Positions 1 through 10,704 of a stretch of 32,130 bases of DNA are shown piece after piece. The stretch spans positions 1 to 32,130 of the forward strand of contig OZ219756.1 in NCBI GenBank assembly GCA_964291295.2. The letters are read 5' to 3'. How positions within the stretch are numbered: position 1 is the stretch's first letter; each line of letters opens with the position of its first letter. This DNA is from an uncultured Candidatus Binatia bacterium. GTDB taxonomy: Bacteria; Desulfobacterota; Binatia; UBA9968; JAJDTQ01. The translations under genes were made by a program, and so were the position numbers. The notes beneath the pieces were generated by a model, which worked only from the letters and a program-made list of their open reading frames with translations, was not told where the DNA came from and ran no database searches.

Positions 1-37
1 GATCCCCGCAATGCTCTACCAGTGCCGCGCCTACCCC

Positions 38-66
38 TTGAAAATACGGGATTGATACAGTACCAT
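38..66 (+). promoter_or_regulatory. sigma70-type promoter of the TA operon
   Basis: TTGAAA (38-43), 17-nt spacer, TACCAT (61-66); GAGGAGG SD before ATG 110. Confidence 0.55.
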
Positions 67-109
67 TACTCAACCTCATACTGAGGCGAGCAAGAGGAGG
101 CTCCCAGCC

Positions 110-379
110 ATGAGTACCATTGTTTTCCAGGCTGATGTTGACCCGCAGGTTCGAGATGAAGCAGTTGCAGTGCTGGCGGAAGATGGACTTACCGTATCCG
201 ACGCGATCCGCCAGATGCTGACGTACATCGCCATCGAGGGGCGGGTGCCTTACTTCGACTGTTTCGTTCCCAATGCGGATACGCTAGAAGCTATGGACTC
301 GGTAGAGAAGGGCGATATGGTCACCATAGGTAGCCTTGCCAACCTGATGGATGACCTGAACAACGATGAGGACGATTAG
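110..379 (+). CDS. dinJ: RelB/DinJ-family antitoxin
   Basis: 89 aa; RHH-like N-terminus (GLTVSDAIRQML), PNADTLEAM motif, acidic tail; overlaps the toxin start. Confidence 0.88.
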   Translation: MSTIVFQADVDPQVRDEAVAVLAEDGLTVSDAIRQMLTYIAIEGRVPYFDCFVPNADTLEAMDSVEKGDMVTIGSLANLMDDLNNDEDD

Positions 380-647
380 GCGAACTACGAGATTTAAGCG
401 CGATTACAAACGCGAAAACCGCGGTCAGTACCGCGAAACTCTGGGCGATGACCTCTATGACGTTGTGAGTTCTCTAGCCTCATGCGACACACTGCCGGAG
501 AAGTATAAAGACCATCCCATGCGTGGGATTTGGAATTATCACCGCAATTGCCACGTGCATCCGGACCTCATCCTTATCTACAGCAAGGCAAGTCAACGGT
601 ATCTTGACCTAGTCCGATTAGGTTCGCACAGTGAGCTTGGGATATGA
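366..647 (+). CDS. yafQ: YafQ-family (RelE superfamily) mRNA interferase toxin
   Basis: 93 aa; TTRFKRDYK, KYKDHPM, CHVHPDLILIY and RLGSHSEL motifs. Confidence 0.92.
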   Translation: MRTIRRTTRFKRDYKRENRGQYRETLGDDLYDVVSSLASCDTLPEKYKDHPMRGIWNYHRNCHVHPDLILIYSKASQRYLDLVRLGSHSELGI

Positions 648-681
648 TGCCGGTATAGGCTCACCCGGATAGCTCAGACTT

Positions 682-3138
682 ATGACCCCGGCGGACGAAA
701 GTCAACCCATTCCCAACGATTCCGACGGCAGCTTCCGGCGCGCGCTGGGACTGCTGGAATTCGGTGAAATCCGCCGCCAGCTGGCCGCTGCTGCCGGCAC
801 CGCCGTAGGCGCCGAAGCCGCTGCCGCCCTCGCTCCCTCAAGCGACCCCCGCGAAGTGGCCGTCCGCCAGCAGGAAACCGCCGAAGCCCGCCGCCTGCTC
901 GACATCTCCGGAGCCCTGGAACTAGGCCCGGCCGACGACCTCCGGCCGGCCGTTCATCGCGCTCTACTGGGCGGCGTACTGTCCGGCCTGGAACTCCGCA
1001 ACCTCGGGGCGATGGCCGCCGCCGCCCGTTGGAACCGCAGCGCCCTGGCCCACCGGGATGACTTGCCTCTGCTGACCGCCATCGCCCGGAGCCTGCCCGA
1101 ACTGCCCGAACTGGAAAGCGCCGTCAACCGCTCCGTCAGCTCCGCCGGCGAAGTGCAGGACAGCGCATCGCCGGAACTGGCCCGCTTGCGCCGCGAATCC
1201 CGCTCCGCCTATTCCACCCTCAACGACGTGATGCAGCGCTCCCTCCGCCGTTACCAGCGTGCCGGCATCGCCCAGGAGGACATCGTAACCGAGCGCAACG
1301 GACGCATGGTGCTGCTTGTCAAAACCGATTTCAAGGGCCAGGCTCCCGGCATCGTTCACGACGTTTCCGACAGCGGCGCAACCGTCTTCATCGAGCCCAT
1401 GCCCGCCATCGATCTGGGCAACCGCTGGCGGGAAACCCGTCTGGCCGAACAGCGGGAGGAAGAGCGCGTGCTGCGGCAGCTGTCCTCCCTTGTTGCCCGC
1501 TGCGCCGAAGACCTCACCCTGACGCTGCACCTGCTGGGCCGCCTGGATTTGGCCATGGCCAAGGGTCGATACGCCGCATCTCTCCGCGCCGTCGCGCCCA
1601 GCCTGCTGGCGCCCGGCGAACCCAGTCGCCTGCGTTTGACCGGCGCCCGCCACCCTTTGCTCAGCGGCAACGTCGTGCCTACCTCCATCTCCATTGACGC
1701 CGGCCATCCCGTTCTGCTCATCACCGGCCCCAACGCCGGCGGCAAAACCGTGGCCCTTAAAACCGTCGGACTGCTGGCTATGATGGCCCACGCCGGCCTC
1801 CAGCTCCCCGCCAGCGATGCAGAACTGCCCCTGTTTGACGGCATCTACGCCGACATCGGCGACCAGCAGAGCATCTTCGAATCCCTGTCCACTTTCAGCA
1901 GCCACGTTCGCAACCTGCAAGGCATCATAAACGTCGCCACCGGCCGCTCTCTCATCCTTATTGATGAACTCGGCTCCGCCACCGACCCGGAAGAGGGATC
2001 CGCCCTTGCCATCGCTCTGCTGTCCCACCTGCGCGACGCCGGGGCTATGGTCGTGGCGACTACCCATCACCGCAGCGTGGCTCGCCTGGCTCAGGAAGAA
2101 CCCGGCATGGTCAACGCCAGCGTTGACCTCAACCCCCGCACGCTGGAACCTACCTACCGACTCACCCACGGCGTCCCCGGCCGCAGCTATGCCTTGACCA
2201 TCGCCGCCCGCCTGGGCCTTCCGCAGTCAATCATCGCCGGCGCCCAAAGCCACTTGGAGCCGTCCCATGCGCAAACCGACCGCCTCCTCCGAGAGCTGCA
2301 AGAAGAACGCCTCACCGTGGCCGAACTGCGCCAGGAAGCCGAGCAGGCGCTGGACGACGCCCGCCGCCACGAGCGGGAAATCGCCCAGCGCCTCGCCACC
2401 GTGGCCGACGCCAAAGCCCAGCTGGTCGAGGACGCCCGCCGCGAACTGGCTCAGGAGATTGCCGAAGTATCCACTCGCATCCGCCAAGCCGAGCGTTCCC
2501 TGCAACGCCGGCAGGCCCGGCAGTCTCACCGCTCCGATATCGCTGCTGAGGCCCCGGCAGCAGCCTCAACGTCAACCCCCGACGTTGACCTGGCCGCGGA
2601 ACGCCGGCGTCTCGCTGAAACGCAGCGCGAGGTGGTGTCGCCCGACTGGTCGCCCATCCCGGTAGAGCGTCCACCCTGGTATCACGACCTGCGCGTCGGC
2701 GACCGCGTGTATCTCCGCGGCGTCTCCCGCCCGGTGGAAGTCGTCACCCCGCCCAACGAGCAGCAGGAGATTGAGGTCGTCATCGGCGCTATGCGCGCCC
2801 GCCTCCCCGTGTATCAGCTTGACCGTCCCGCCGACCTTGTCCATCCCGCCGCCGAGCAGGCCGGCGTCGTCTATCGCCGCCCGGAGAGCAAACGCACTCT
2901 CAGCCCGGAAGTCAACCTACACGGCTACCGCGTGGACGAGGCCCTCAACGTCATCGACTCGCTTCTTGACGACGCTGCGCTGGAGGGTATGTCCTCCCTC
3001 AAAATCGTCCACGGCAAGGGCACGGGCGCCCTCCGCCGCGCCATCCGAGAGTACCTTGCCGGCCATCCTCTGGTCGCCGCCGCCAAGCCGGGCGAAGGGA
3101 GCAGTGCGGCCGGCGTAACCGTCGTCCAGCTGCGCTAG
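682..3138 (+). CDS. mutS2: Endonuclease MutS2
   Basis: Walker A GPNAGGKT, DIGDQQSIFESLSTFSSH, DELGSATDPEEG, coiled coil, C-terminal Smr domain (LHGYRV..HGKGTGAL). Confidence 0.96.
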   Translation: MTPADESQPIPNDSDGSFRRALGLLEFGEIRRQLAAAAGTAVGAEAAAALAPSSDPREVAVRQQETAEARRLLDISGALELGPADDLRPAVHRALLGGVLSGLELRNLGAMAAAARWNRSALAHRDDLPLLTAIARSLPELPELESAVNRSVSSAGEVQDSASPELARLRRESRSAYSTLNDVMQRSLRRYQRAGIAQEDIVTERNGRMVLLVKTDFKGQAPGIVHDVSDSGATVFIEPMPAIDLGNRWRETRLAEQREEERVLRQLSSLVARCAEDLTLTLHLLGRLDLAMAKGRYAASLRAVAPSLLAPGEPSRLRLTGARHPLLSGNVVPTSISIDAGHPVLLITGPNAGGKTVALKTVGLLAMMAHAGLQLPASDAELPLFDGIYADIGDQQSIFESLSTFSSHVRNLQGIINVATGRSLILIDELGSATDPEEGSALAIALLSHLRDAGAMVVATTHHRSVARLAQEEPGMVNASVDLNPRTLEPTYRLTHGVPGRSYALTIAARLGLPQSIIAGAQSHLEPSHAQTDRLLRELQEERLTVAELRQEAEQALDDARRHEREIAQRLATVADAKAQLVEDARRELAQEIAEVSTRIRQAERSLQRRQARQSHRSDIAAEAPAAASTSTPDVDLAAERRRLAETQREVVSPDWSPIPVERPPWYHDLRVGDRVYLRGVSRPVEVVTPPNEQQEIEVVIGAMRARLPVYQLDRPADLVHPAAEQAGVVYRRPESKRTLSPEVNLHGYRVDEALNVIDSLLDDAALEGMSSLKIVHGKGTGALRRAIREYLAGHPLVAAAKPGEGSSAAGVTVVQLR

Positions 3139-3206
3139 CCGGTTCAATCAGCCGCTCCCGAAACCTGCTTCCCAGCTTCCGCTATGCCCCGGCTTGGCTC
3201 CTTTGC

Positions 3207-3491
3207 CTAGCCCCTCCCGCTACGGTAGCCGTCATCCTCCTCATACCCTTCATCCAAATCCGCCTCCCGGTCGTAATAAGGATCATACCCGTCATAATAT
3301 CCGTACTCATCCACTTCATTCCGGCGGCGCCACCAACCCCAAATCCACTTGCCCACTACCACTGCCACCGCCAGCAGCACCAGCCCGCTGATTATCCACA
3401 CGTCCAGATACGCTAGAAACGACAGGTCGCCGGCTCCTTCGCCAGCCTGCAGCCCAACGGACCAAATCACCGACGGGTTCATTTCCTCCAT
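3207..3491 (-). CDS. Small single-TM membrane protein with acidic, Tyr-rich tail; start uncertain (3491 or 3482)
   Basis: Hydrophobic WIISGLVLLAVAVVVG, then WWRRR and DEYGYYDGYDPYYD; fills the mutS2-xerD gap. Confidence 0.65.
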   Translation of the reverse strand: MEEMNPSVIWSVGLQAGEGAGDLSFLAYLDVWIISGLVLLAVAVVVGKWIWGWWRRRNEVDEYGYYDGYDPYYDREADLDEGYEEDDGYRSGRG

Positions 3492-3663
3492 GCTCCAAAG
3501 TCCGAAATCGCCGAATCTTGCGCCTTTGCAACTAGGCCCGTATCCTGCGAATTTACCATAATACCACCGTTCCCCGCCGCGCTTGCGCAATCCCATCGCC
3601 GCAGGCCGCAATTGAACGGCAAACTAAACCGGACGATTCAGGGCGGGCTAATGGCGAAACATT

Positions 3664-4578
3664 ATGAAAGAGACCGTAAATTCCTTCCTCCAGTATCTGG
3701 TCGTCGAGCGCGGCTTCTCCCAGAACACCCTGGACGCCTACAGCAACGACCTCAACCAGTTCCTCAAATTCGCCGCCCAAACGCTCAAAGTGTCCGGCGA
3801 CGACCCCGAAGACTGGCGCCGCGTTGACATCGATCTGCTCAACTCCTACATCAGCGAGCTGCGCGATGTGAAGCGCTACCGCGACGCCACCACCGCCCGC
3901 AAAGTAGCCGCAGTGCGTTCCTTCTTCGGTTACCTCAGCGCCAACGAACTCATCAGCGAAGACCCTACCGAAAACCTCGGTTCCCCCCGCGTCGGGCGTT
4001 CCGTCCCCAAATATCTATCCCAGGAGGAAGTGCAGCGGCTTCTGTCCACCGCCAACGATACCGGCACGCCAGAAGGCCGCCGCGATGCCAGCATCCTGGA
4101 ACTCCTCTACGCCACCGGCGTCCGCGTCAGCGAGCTTGTCGCCCTCAACGTCCAGGACATCGACTTCGAAGAGAGCTTCATCCGCGCTTGGGGCAAGGGA
4201 TCCAAAGAGCGTATCGTCTATTTGTATCCCGAGGCCTTGGCCAACCTCCGCGCCTACATCGGCGACGCGCGTGCCCAGCTGGTCAGCAGTAAAAAAGGGG
4301 AAACCGCCCTCTATGTCAACCAGCGCGGCGAGCGTCTTACCCGCCAATGGGTCTGGAACATCCTCAAATCCGCCGCCAAAAAGTCCGGCGTTGACACCGG
4401 CATCACGCCGCACACCCTCCGCCACAGCTTCGCCACCCACCTGCTCCAGAACGGCGCCTCTCTCCGCCATGTTCAGGAACTCCTCGGCCATTCCAACATT
4501 TCCACCACCCAGATGTACACTCACCTCACCGACGACCACGTCCGCGAAGAATATCAGCAAAGCCACCCCCGCGCTTGA
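3664..4578 (+). CDS. xerD: Site-specific tyrosine recombinase XerD
   Basis: RDASILELLYATGVRVSEL, GKGSKER, TPHTLRHSFATHLL, LLGHSNISTTQMY. Confidence 0.93.
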   Translation: MKETVNSFLQYLVVERGFSQNTLDAYSNDLNQFLKFAAQTLKVSGDDPEDWRRVDIDLLNSYISELRDVKRYRDATTARKVAAVRSFFGYLSANELISEDPTENLGSPRVGRSVPKYLSQEEVQRLLSTANDTGTPEGRRDASILELLYATGVRVSELVALNVQDIDFEESFIRAWGKGSKERIVYLYPEALANLRAYIGDARAQLVSSKKGETALYVNQRGERLTRQWVWNILKSAAKKSGVDTGITPHTLRHSFATHLLQNGASLRHVQELLGHSNISTTQMYTHLTDDHVREEYQQSHPRA

Positions 4579-4655
4579 AGCATCTTTCCCGCCGACTTCT
4601 CTCCAAATCGCAGCTCCCGCGCCGGCGGGAACCCACAAGCCTCTACAGTGTGAGC

Positions 4656-5441
4656 ATGACCTCGCCACGCATCTACCGCGCCGAGGGCCTCACCCTGCGC
4701 AAAGCCGCCGTCGGAGAGGCCGACCTAATCTCGTTCCTCTACACCCGCGAGCTCGGCAAACTGGAAGTGCGGGCCCGCAGCGCCCGGCGTCTCACCAGCA
4801 AGCTTATGGGCCATTTTGAGCCGCTGACCCTGCTCCGCCTCTCCGTAGCGCCGGGCCGCTCCCTGGACACTGTTGTTGAGGCGGAGGTCGTCGACGCCTT
4901 CCCCGCCGTCAAATCCGGCTACGCCGCCGCTGCTCGCGGCCTCTACGTCGCCGAGCTGATTGACGGCTTCAGCGCCGTCGCCTCCGCCAACCCGCAGCTC
5001 CTCGACCTCGCCCTTCAAACCCTGGACGCCATCGGCCATACCCCCGACGCCGCTCACGATGACCCCGCGTCCGACCTGGCCCTGCGCTGCTTTGACCTCC
5101 AAGTCCTGCACCTCTCCGGCTTTCTCCCCGAACTTTACCAGTGCGTGGAGTGCGGCGCCGACCTGGAGCCCGAGCGCCATCGCTTCGCCCCCGGCGCCGG
5201 CGGCGTCATCTGCCCCGACTGCCCGACTCCTCCCGACACAATCGCGCGCCCGCTGTCTCTTCCCGCTCTCAAAGTGCTGCGACTGCTGCATCGCACCCAA
5301 TCCCCCGGCCAGCTCCCCCGCCTGGATATGCCGCCCGCCGTGCGCCAGGAAGTCCACGCTCTCCTCACCGCAACCCTGCAACACTGGCTCGACCGACGGC
5401 TGCGCTCCCAGGCCTTTCTGGACGCAACCGAAAATCCCTGA
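4656..5441 (+). CDS. recO: DNA repair protein RecO (start reassigned to ATG 4656)
   Basis: N-terminal OB fold (GEADLISFLYTRELGK), Zn finger CVEC..CPDC, C-terminal LRSQAFL. Confidence 0.93.
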   Translation: MTSPRIYRAEGLTLRKAAVGEADLISFLYTRELGKLEVRARSARRLTSKLMGHFEPLTLLRLSVAPGRSLDTVVEAEVVDAFPAVKSGYAAAARGLYVAELIDGFSAVASANPQLLDLALQTLDAIGHTPDAAHDDPASDLALRCFDLQVLHLSGFLPELYQCVECGADLEPERHRFAPGAGGVICPDCPTPPDTIARPLSLPALKVLRLLHRTQSPGQLPRLDMPPAVRQEVHALLTATLQHWLDRRLRSQAFLDATENP

Positions 5442-5563
5442 AAATTGCAAATGCTGTGTTGGCCTGCCAACCGGGAGAACGTAATAGACTGTTGCTCCTC
5501 CCTCAACCCAAGTAAATGGCAAATAAACCGTCGTCCTCTCCGACCAGTAAGCGGTGTATCCCG

Positions 5564-7153
5564 ATGTTCAGCAAAATACTGATTGCCAACCGGGGCGAAA
5601 TCGCCGCCCGCATCATTCGCACTTGCCAGCGTCTCGGCGTGGCCACTGTGGCCGTTTATTCCGAAGCCGATGCTGGCGCCATGCACACCCGAATGGCCGA
5701 CCAGTCCGTCTGCATTGGCCCGGCGCCGGCCGCCGAGTCCTATCTCAACGTCGGCGCCGTCATTGACGCCTGCCTCGCCACCGGCGCCCAGGCCGTCCAT
5801 CCCGGCTACGGCTTCCTGTCCGAGAACAGTGAACTCGCCGGCCGTTGCAAATCCGCCGGCGTCGCTTTCATCGGCCCCACCGCAGAGGTGCTCAATCAGA
5901 TGGGCGACAAGCTTTCCGCCCGTCGCGTCGCACGCAAGTCCGGCCTCCCGGTTATGCCCGGAACGGAGGAGCCCGTCAGCGACGACGAAGCCATCGCCAA
6001 AGCCTGGGAACTCGGCTTCCCCATGATGGTCAAAGCCGCTGCCGGCGGCGGCGGCATCGGCATCCACGTCGTCCACACCATGGCCGAGCTGGAACCCATC
6101 GTTGAGCGCACCCGCAAAACCGCCCAGGCTGCCTTCGCCGATTCCAGCCTCTTTTACGAACGCTACCTTGAAGGCGCTTCCCACATCGAAGTCCAGCTTA
6201 TCGCCGACCAGTACGGCAGCGTCCTGCACCTCTTTGAGCGCGACTGCTCCATCCAGCGCCGCAACCAGAAACTCATCGAAGAAACCCCCGCGTCTGCCAA
6301 AATGACTGCCGAAGTCCGCGCCCAAATCGGCCGCTTGGCCCGCCAGCTGGGGCGGGAAGTCGGCTACACCGGCGCCGGCACCGTAGAGTTCCTGGTAACC
6401 CCCGACGGACACTTCTACTTCCTCGAAATGAACCCGCGCCTCCAGGTTGAGCACGGCGTAACCGAGCTCCTCACCGGGCAGGACATCGTGGAGCTGCAAC
6501 TGCAATCCGCCGCCGGTATTCCCTTCTCCATCCGCCAGCCCGACATCAGCGCCAACGGCCACGCCATCGAGGCCCGCGTCTATCCCGAAGACCCCGACAC
6601 CTGCCTGCCCAACGTCGGCGTCGTCACCGATCTGCGCCTGCCCCAGGGTGAAAACGTCCGCGTTGATACTGCCCTTTGCATCGGCTACGAGGTTTCGCTA
6701 CACTACGAACCGTTGCTTGCGAAAGTGATGGCTTGGGGTGAAAACCGCGCCGCCGCCATCGCCACGCTGGACTCGGCCCTGGCCGACTTCCACGTGGCCG
6801 GCGTGGGCGCCAACATCCCCCTGCTGCGCGACGCGCTGGCCAGCGCCGACTTCACGTCGGGCAACTACCACACCGGCAGCCTGGCGCGCATTCTCGAGCG
6901 ACGACAACAAGCCAACAGCGAAAAGAGCGCCGTGCACCGCAGCCCAATATCCGCCTCCGGACACCGACCGGACGCCGGCCAGCTTCCCGAACTCGACCCG
7001 CGAGCGTTGGCCGCCGCCATCGGCGCCGCCGCCGTTGCCGTCGAACGGGCTGCCCGACCGGACGGCTCTGCCCTGACCCAGGGCGGTTCCCGCTGGCGCA
7101 CCCTTGGACGCCGGGAACTCTTCCGCTCGCGGCTGGGGAGCGCGTCCTGGTAA
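5564..7153 (+). CDS. accC: Biotin carboxylase subunit of an acyl-CoA carboxylase (start probably ATG 5564)
   Basis: [45 protein letters not shown]. Confidence 0.92.
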   Translation: MFSKILIANRGEIAARIIRTCQRLGVATVAVYSEADAGAMHTRMADQSVCIGPAPAAESYLNVGAVIDACLATGAQAVHPGYGFLSENSELAGRCKSAGVAFIGPTAEVLNQMGDKLSARRVARKSGLPVMPGTEEPVSDDEAIAKAWELGFPMMVKAAAGGGGIGIHVVHTMAELEPIVERTRKTAQAAFADSSLFYERYLEGASHIEVQLIADQYGSVLHLFERDCSIQRRNQKLIEETPASAKMTAEVRAQIGRLARQLGREVGYTGAGTVEFLVTPDGHFYFLEMNPRLQVEHGVTELLTGQDIVELQLQSAAGIPFSIRQPDISANGHAIEARVYPEDPDTCLPNVGVVTDLRLPQGENVRVDTALCIGYEVSLHYEPLLAKVMAWGENRAAAIATLDSALADFHVAGVGANIPLLRDALASADFTSGNYHTGSLARILERRQQANSEKSAVHRSPISASGHRPDAGQLPELDPRALAAAIGAAAVAVERAARPDGSALTQGGSRWRTLGRRELFRSRLGSASW

Positions 7154-7154
7154 C

Positions 7155-7604
7155 TTGACCACTATTCGGGTTCGCGTCGGCGAGCGCTGGTACACCGTTG
7201 AAGTTGGCGACCTCAGCCAATCGCCCGTCCGCGTCACCGTGGACGGCGCCGCCTTTGAGGTAGATGTCGCCGCAGACCTCGGCCCAACGCCGCCCCGCCG
7301 GGGCCGGCCGGCCGGCGGCCTTCCCATACCCGCAGCCCCTCCGTCCGTAGCATCGGGTTCCGTCGTATCGCCGGCCGGCCCTCCCGTAGATGACGACATC
7401 CTCCGTTCGCCAATGCCGGGCCGGGTCATGTCCATCCTGGTGCGCCCCGGCGACGCCGTTTCCGCCGGCGATGAAGTATGCGTCGTAGAAGCCATGAAAA
7501 TGGAGCAGAGCATCCGGGCCCATCGCGACGGCATCGTCAAAACCGTCTTCGTCCGTCCTCTGGATTCCGTCAACGCCAACGACCCTCTGCTGGAATTGCA
7601 ATAA
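7155..7604 (+). CDS. accB: Biotin carboxyl carrier protein (probable TTG start 7155)
   Basis: SPMPG..EAMKME biotinylation motif; Pro/Ala linker; directly follows the accC stop. Confidence 0.88.
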   Translation: MTTIRVRVGERWYTVEVGDLSQSPVRVTVDGAAFEVDVAADLGPTPPRRGRPAGGLPIPAAPPSVASGSVVSPAGPPVDDDILRSPMPGRVMSILVRPGDAVSAGDEVCVVEAMKMEQSIRAHRDGIVKTVFVRPLDSVNANDPLLELQ

Positions 7605-7642
7605 ACCCGCAACATTCCCATCTTTGGTAAAATTGCCTTGTT

Positions 7643-10600
7643 ATGCCTCAAGAAACCATCTACATCAAGGGCGCCCGCGAGCACAACCTTAAGAACGTCG
7701 ACGTTTCCATCCCCCGGGATCGGCTCGTCGTTATAACCGGCGTTTCCGGCTCCGGCAAGAGCAGCCTTGCTTTTGACACCATCTATGCCGAGGGGCAGCG
7801 CCGCTACGTCGAATCCCTCTCCGCCTACGCCCGGCAGTTTCTCGGCCGCATGGACAAGCCCGACGTTGACTACATCGAGGGCCTGTCCCCTGCCATCTCC
7901 ATCGACCAGAAGGGCGTCTCCAACAACCCCCGCTCCACCGTCGGCACCGTAACCGAAATCTACGACTACCTCCGCCTCCTTTTCGCCCGCGTCGGCCGGC
8001 CCCATTGTCCCAAGTGCGGCAACCCCGTCGCCCGCCAGACCGTCCAGCAAATCGTCGACGCCATTCTGGCCCTGCCCGAAGCCTCCCGCATCACTCTGCT
8101 CGCCCCCAAAGTCCGCCGCAAAAAGGGCGAACACCGCGAAGTCTTCGAGGCTGCCAAACGCGCCGGCTTCGTCCGCCTCCGCGTCAATGGCGATACCATC
8201 CTCGTGGAGGATGCCGATGCCCTGACTCTTGACAAGCAGAAGTGGCATTACATCGACATCGTCGTTGACCGCCTCATCATCCGCAGCGACACCGAACCGA
8301 ACCGGGTGACCGAGTCCGTCGAGACCGCCCTGCGCGAGGGCGAAGGCGTGCTGACGGTAGGGCGCGAAGGCCAGGAAGACCTCACTTTCAGCGAGCAGTT
8401 CGCTTGCGTCGCCTGCGGCGTCAGCCTCCCCGAAATCGAGCCGCGCACCTTCAGCTTCAACAGCCCCCACGGCGCCTGCTCCACTTGCACCGGGCTCGGC
8501 TACCAGCTGGAAATTGACCCCTCCCTGGTCATCCAGAACCGTTCCCTGTCCCTCCTGGATGGCGCAATCGTCCCCTGGTCCCGCTCCGGCGCCGCCAATT
8601 CCTGGTACGCCAGCATGATGGAAGCCGTTGCCCGCGAGTTCGACTTCTCACCCCATGCTCCCGTGCGCGAACTCACCGAGGAGCAGCTCAACGTTGTCCT
8701 CTACGGCGCCGGCAAAAGGCAGGTCAAAGTGCGCCACCGCACCGGACGAGGCCGCACCTACGCCTGGAACACTTCCTACGAAGGCGTCATTCCCAACCTG
8801 CAACGCCGCTACCGCGACACCGAATCCGACCACACCCGCAGCGAAATCGAGCGTTACATGGCCCAACGAGCCTGCCGCTCCTGCAACGGCGCGCGCCTGC
8901 GCCCCGAAGCCCTCGGCGTCCTGGTCTGCGGGCGGAACATCATGGACGTTACCGGCCTCACCATCGGCTCCGGCCTGCAATGGATTCGCAGCATCAAGCC
9001 CGGCGCAGACGCCGCCGCCAACGGGCATAGCGCCAGCAACGGACACCATCCGCCGGAGGCATTGGAGACGCTGCCCGCCGCCAAGAGCGTCCCCTCCAAC
9101 GGCGACCGGGCTAACGGCGACCGGCCGAAAACTCGTCGCGCCCGCAAGAACGGCAAACGCGCCGCGCCCCCCGTCGCCGTCGCCGCCACCCTAACCCAGC
9201 GCGAAATGGTCATCGCCGACCAAATCCTCAAAGAAATTGAAGGGCGCCTCCAATTCCTGGACAGCATCGGCCTTGACTACGTAACCATGAACCGCACCGC
9301 CCGCACTCTCTCCGGCGGCGAAGCTCAGCGCGTCCGCCTCGCCACCCAGATCGGCAGCGGTCTTACCGGCGTCCTTTACGTCTGCGACGAACCCACCGTC
9401 GGACTCCACCCTCACGACGACCACCGCCTCATCGACACCCTCACCCGCCTCCGCGATATGGGCAACACCGTCATCGTCGTTGAGCACGACGACGCCATGA
9501 TGCGCGCCGCCGACCACATCGTTGACCTCGGCCCCGGCGCCGGCGAGCACGGCGGCCACATCGTCGCCGCCGGCGACGTCTCCCAGGTTATGGCCAGCGA
9601 AGCCTCCCTCACCGGCGCTTATCTCAGCGGGCGCAAGCGTATCCCCACGCCGGAGCGGCGACGCCCCGGCAACGGCAACTACATCACCGTTAAAGGCGCC
9701 CGGGAAAACAACCTCCGGGGCATCGACGTTGATTTCCCCCTCGGACTCCTCGGCTGCGTTACCGGCGTCTCCGGCTCCGGCAAAAGCACCCTCATGTACG
9801 ACATCCTCTACAAACGCCTTGCCCAGGCCGTCGCCCAGGGCCGCGACCGCCCCGGCGACCACGACGAAATCACCGGCATCGAGCACATAGATAAAGTCAT
9901 CAACATCGACCAGTCTCCTATCGGGCGCACCCCGCGCAGCAATCCCGCCACCTATACCGGCGCCTTCACCCCCATACGCGAAGTTTTCGCCGCGCTTCCC
10001 GAAGCCCGCATCCGCGGCTACAAGGCCGGACGCTTCTCTTTCAACGTCAAGGGGGGACGCTGCGAAGCCTGCCAGGGCGAAGGTTACAATCAGATTGAGA
10101 TGCAGTTCCTCCCCGACGTAACCGTGCCTTGCGAAGTCTGCCAGGGCCGCCGCTACAACCGGGAAGCCCTGGAAGTTACCCTCCGCGACCAGTCCATCGC
10201 CGACGTCCTCGCCATGACCGTGGAGACCGCTCTCGACTTCTTCTGGAACTACTCCCGCATCCGCAACCGCCTGGAAACCCTGCGCGACGTCGGCCTCGGC
10301 TACATCCGTCTCGGACAGCCGGCCACTACCCTCTCCGGCGGCGAAGCTCAGCGCGTCAAACTCGCCACCGAACTGTCCCGCCGCGCCACCGGGCGCACCC
10401 TCTACCTCCTCGACGAACCTACTACGGGCCTTTCCTTCGCAGACTGCGCCGCCCTGCTCCATGTCCTTCATCGCCTGGTTGACCAGGGCAACTCCGTCCT
10501 CCTCATCGAGCACAACCTCGACCTCATCAAAAACGCCGACTGGATAATCGACCTCGGCCCCGGCGCCGGCGACCGGGGCGGCAATCTCATCGCCTGCGGC

Positions 10601-10690
10601 GCCCCCGAAACGCTGGCCGAAGTTGCCGAATCCCACACCGGCCGCTACCTTCGCCAAGCCCTCCACCAACCCCAACCCGCCGCCAGCTAA
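7643..10690 (+). CDS. uvrA: Excinuclease ABC subunit A
   Basis: GAREHNLKN, two GVSGSGKS Walker A motifs, two LSGGEAQR signatures, Zn fingers. Confidence 0.98.
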   Translation: MPQETIYIKGAREHNLKNVDVSIPRDRLVVITGVSGSGKSSLAFDTIYAEGQRRYVESLSAYARQFLGRMDKPDVDYIEGLSPAISIDQKGVSNNPRSTVGTVTEIYDYLRLLFARVGRPHCPKCGNPVARQTVQQIVDAILALPEASRITLLAPKVRRKKGEHREVFEAAKRAGFVRLRVNGDTILVEDADALTLDKQKWHYIDIVVDRLIIRSDTEPNRVTESVETALREGEGVLTVGREGQEDLTFSEQFACVACGVSLPEIEPRTFSFNSPHGACSTCTGLGYQLEIDPSLVIQNRSLSLLDGAIVPWSRSGAANSWYASMMEAVAREFDFSPHAPVRELTEEQLNVVLYGAGKRQVKVRHRTGRGRTYAWNTSYEGVIPNLQRRYRDTESDHTRSEIERYMAQRACRSCNGARLRPEALGVLVCGRNIMDVTGLTIGSGLQWIRSIKPGADAAANGHSASNGHHPPEALETLPAAKSVPSNGDRANGDRPKTRRARKNGKRAAPPVAVAATLTQREMVIADQILKEIEGRLQFLDSIGLDYVTMNRTARTLSGGEAQRVRLATQIGSGLTGVLYVCDEPTVGLHPHDDHRLIDTLTRLRDMGNTVIVVEHDDAMMRAADHIVDLGPGAGEHGGHIVAAGDVSQVMASEASLTGAYLSGRKRIPTPERRRPGNGNYITVKGARENNLRGIDVDFPLGLLGCVTGVSGSGKSTLMYDILYKRLAQAVAQGRDRPGDHDEITGIEHIDKVINIDQSPIGRTPRSNPATYTGAFTPIREVFAALPEARIRGYKAGRFSFNVKGGRCEACQGEGYNQIEMQFLPDVTVPCEVCQGRRYNREALEVTLRDQSIADVLAMTVETALDFFWNYSRIRNRLETLRDVGLGYIRLGQPATTLSGGEAQRVKLATELSRRATGRTLYLLDEPTTGLSFADCAALLHVLHRLVDQGNSVLLIEHNLDLIKNADWIIDLGPGAGDRGGNLIACGAPETLAEVAESHTGRYLRQALHQPQPAAS

Positions 10691-10704
10691 CCGCGGCCCC
10701 CAAG

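Noticed and set aside
3664-4578. Tyrosine recombinase as the integrase of a mobile element
   Set aside because: Size, motifs, host-like codon use and core-gene context fit chromosomal XerD; no att sites seen.
8996-9190. Intein in UvrA
   Set aside because: Too short; no N-terminal Cys/Ser block or C-terminal His-Asn.
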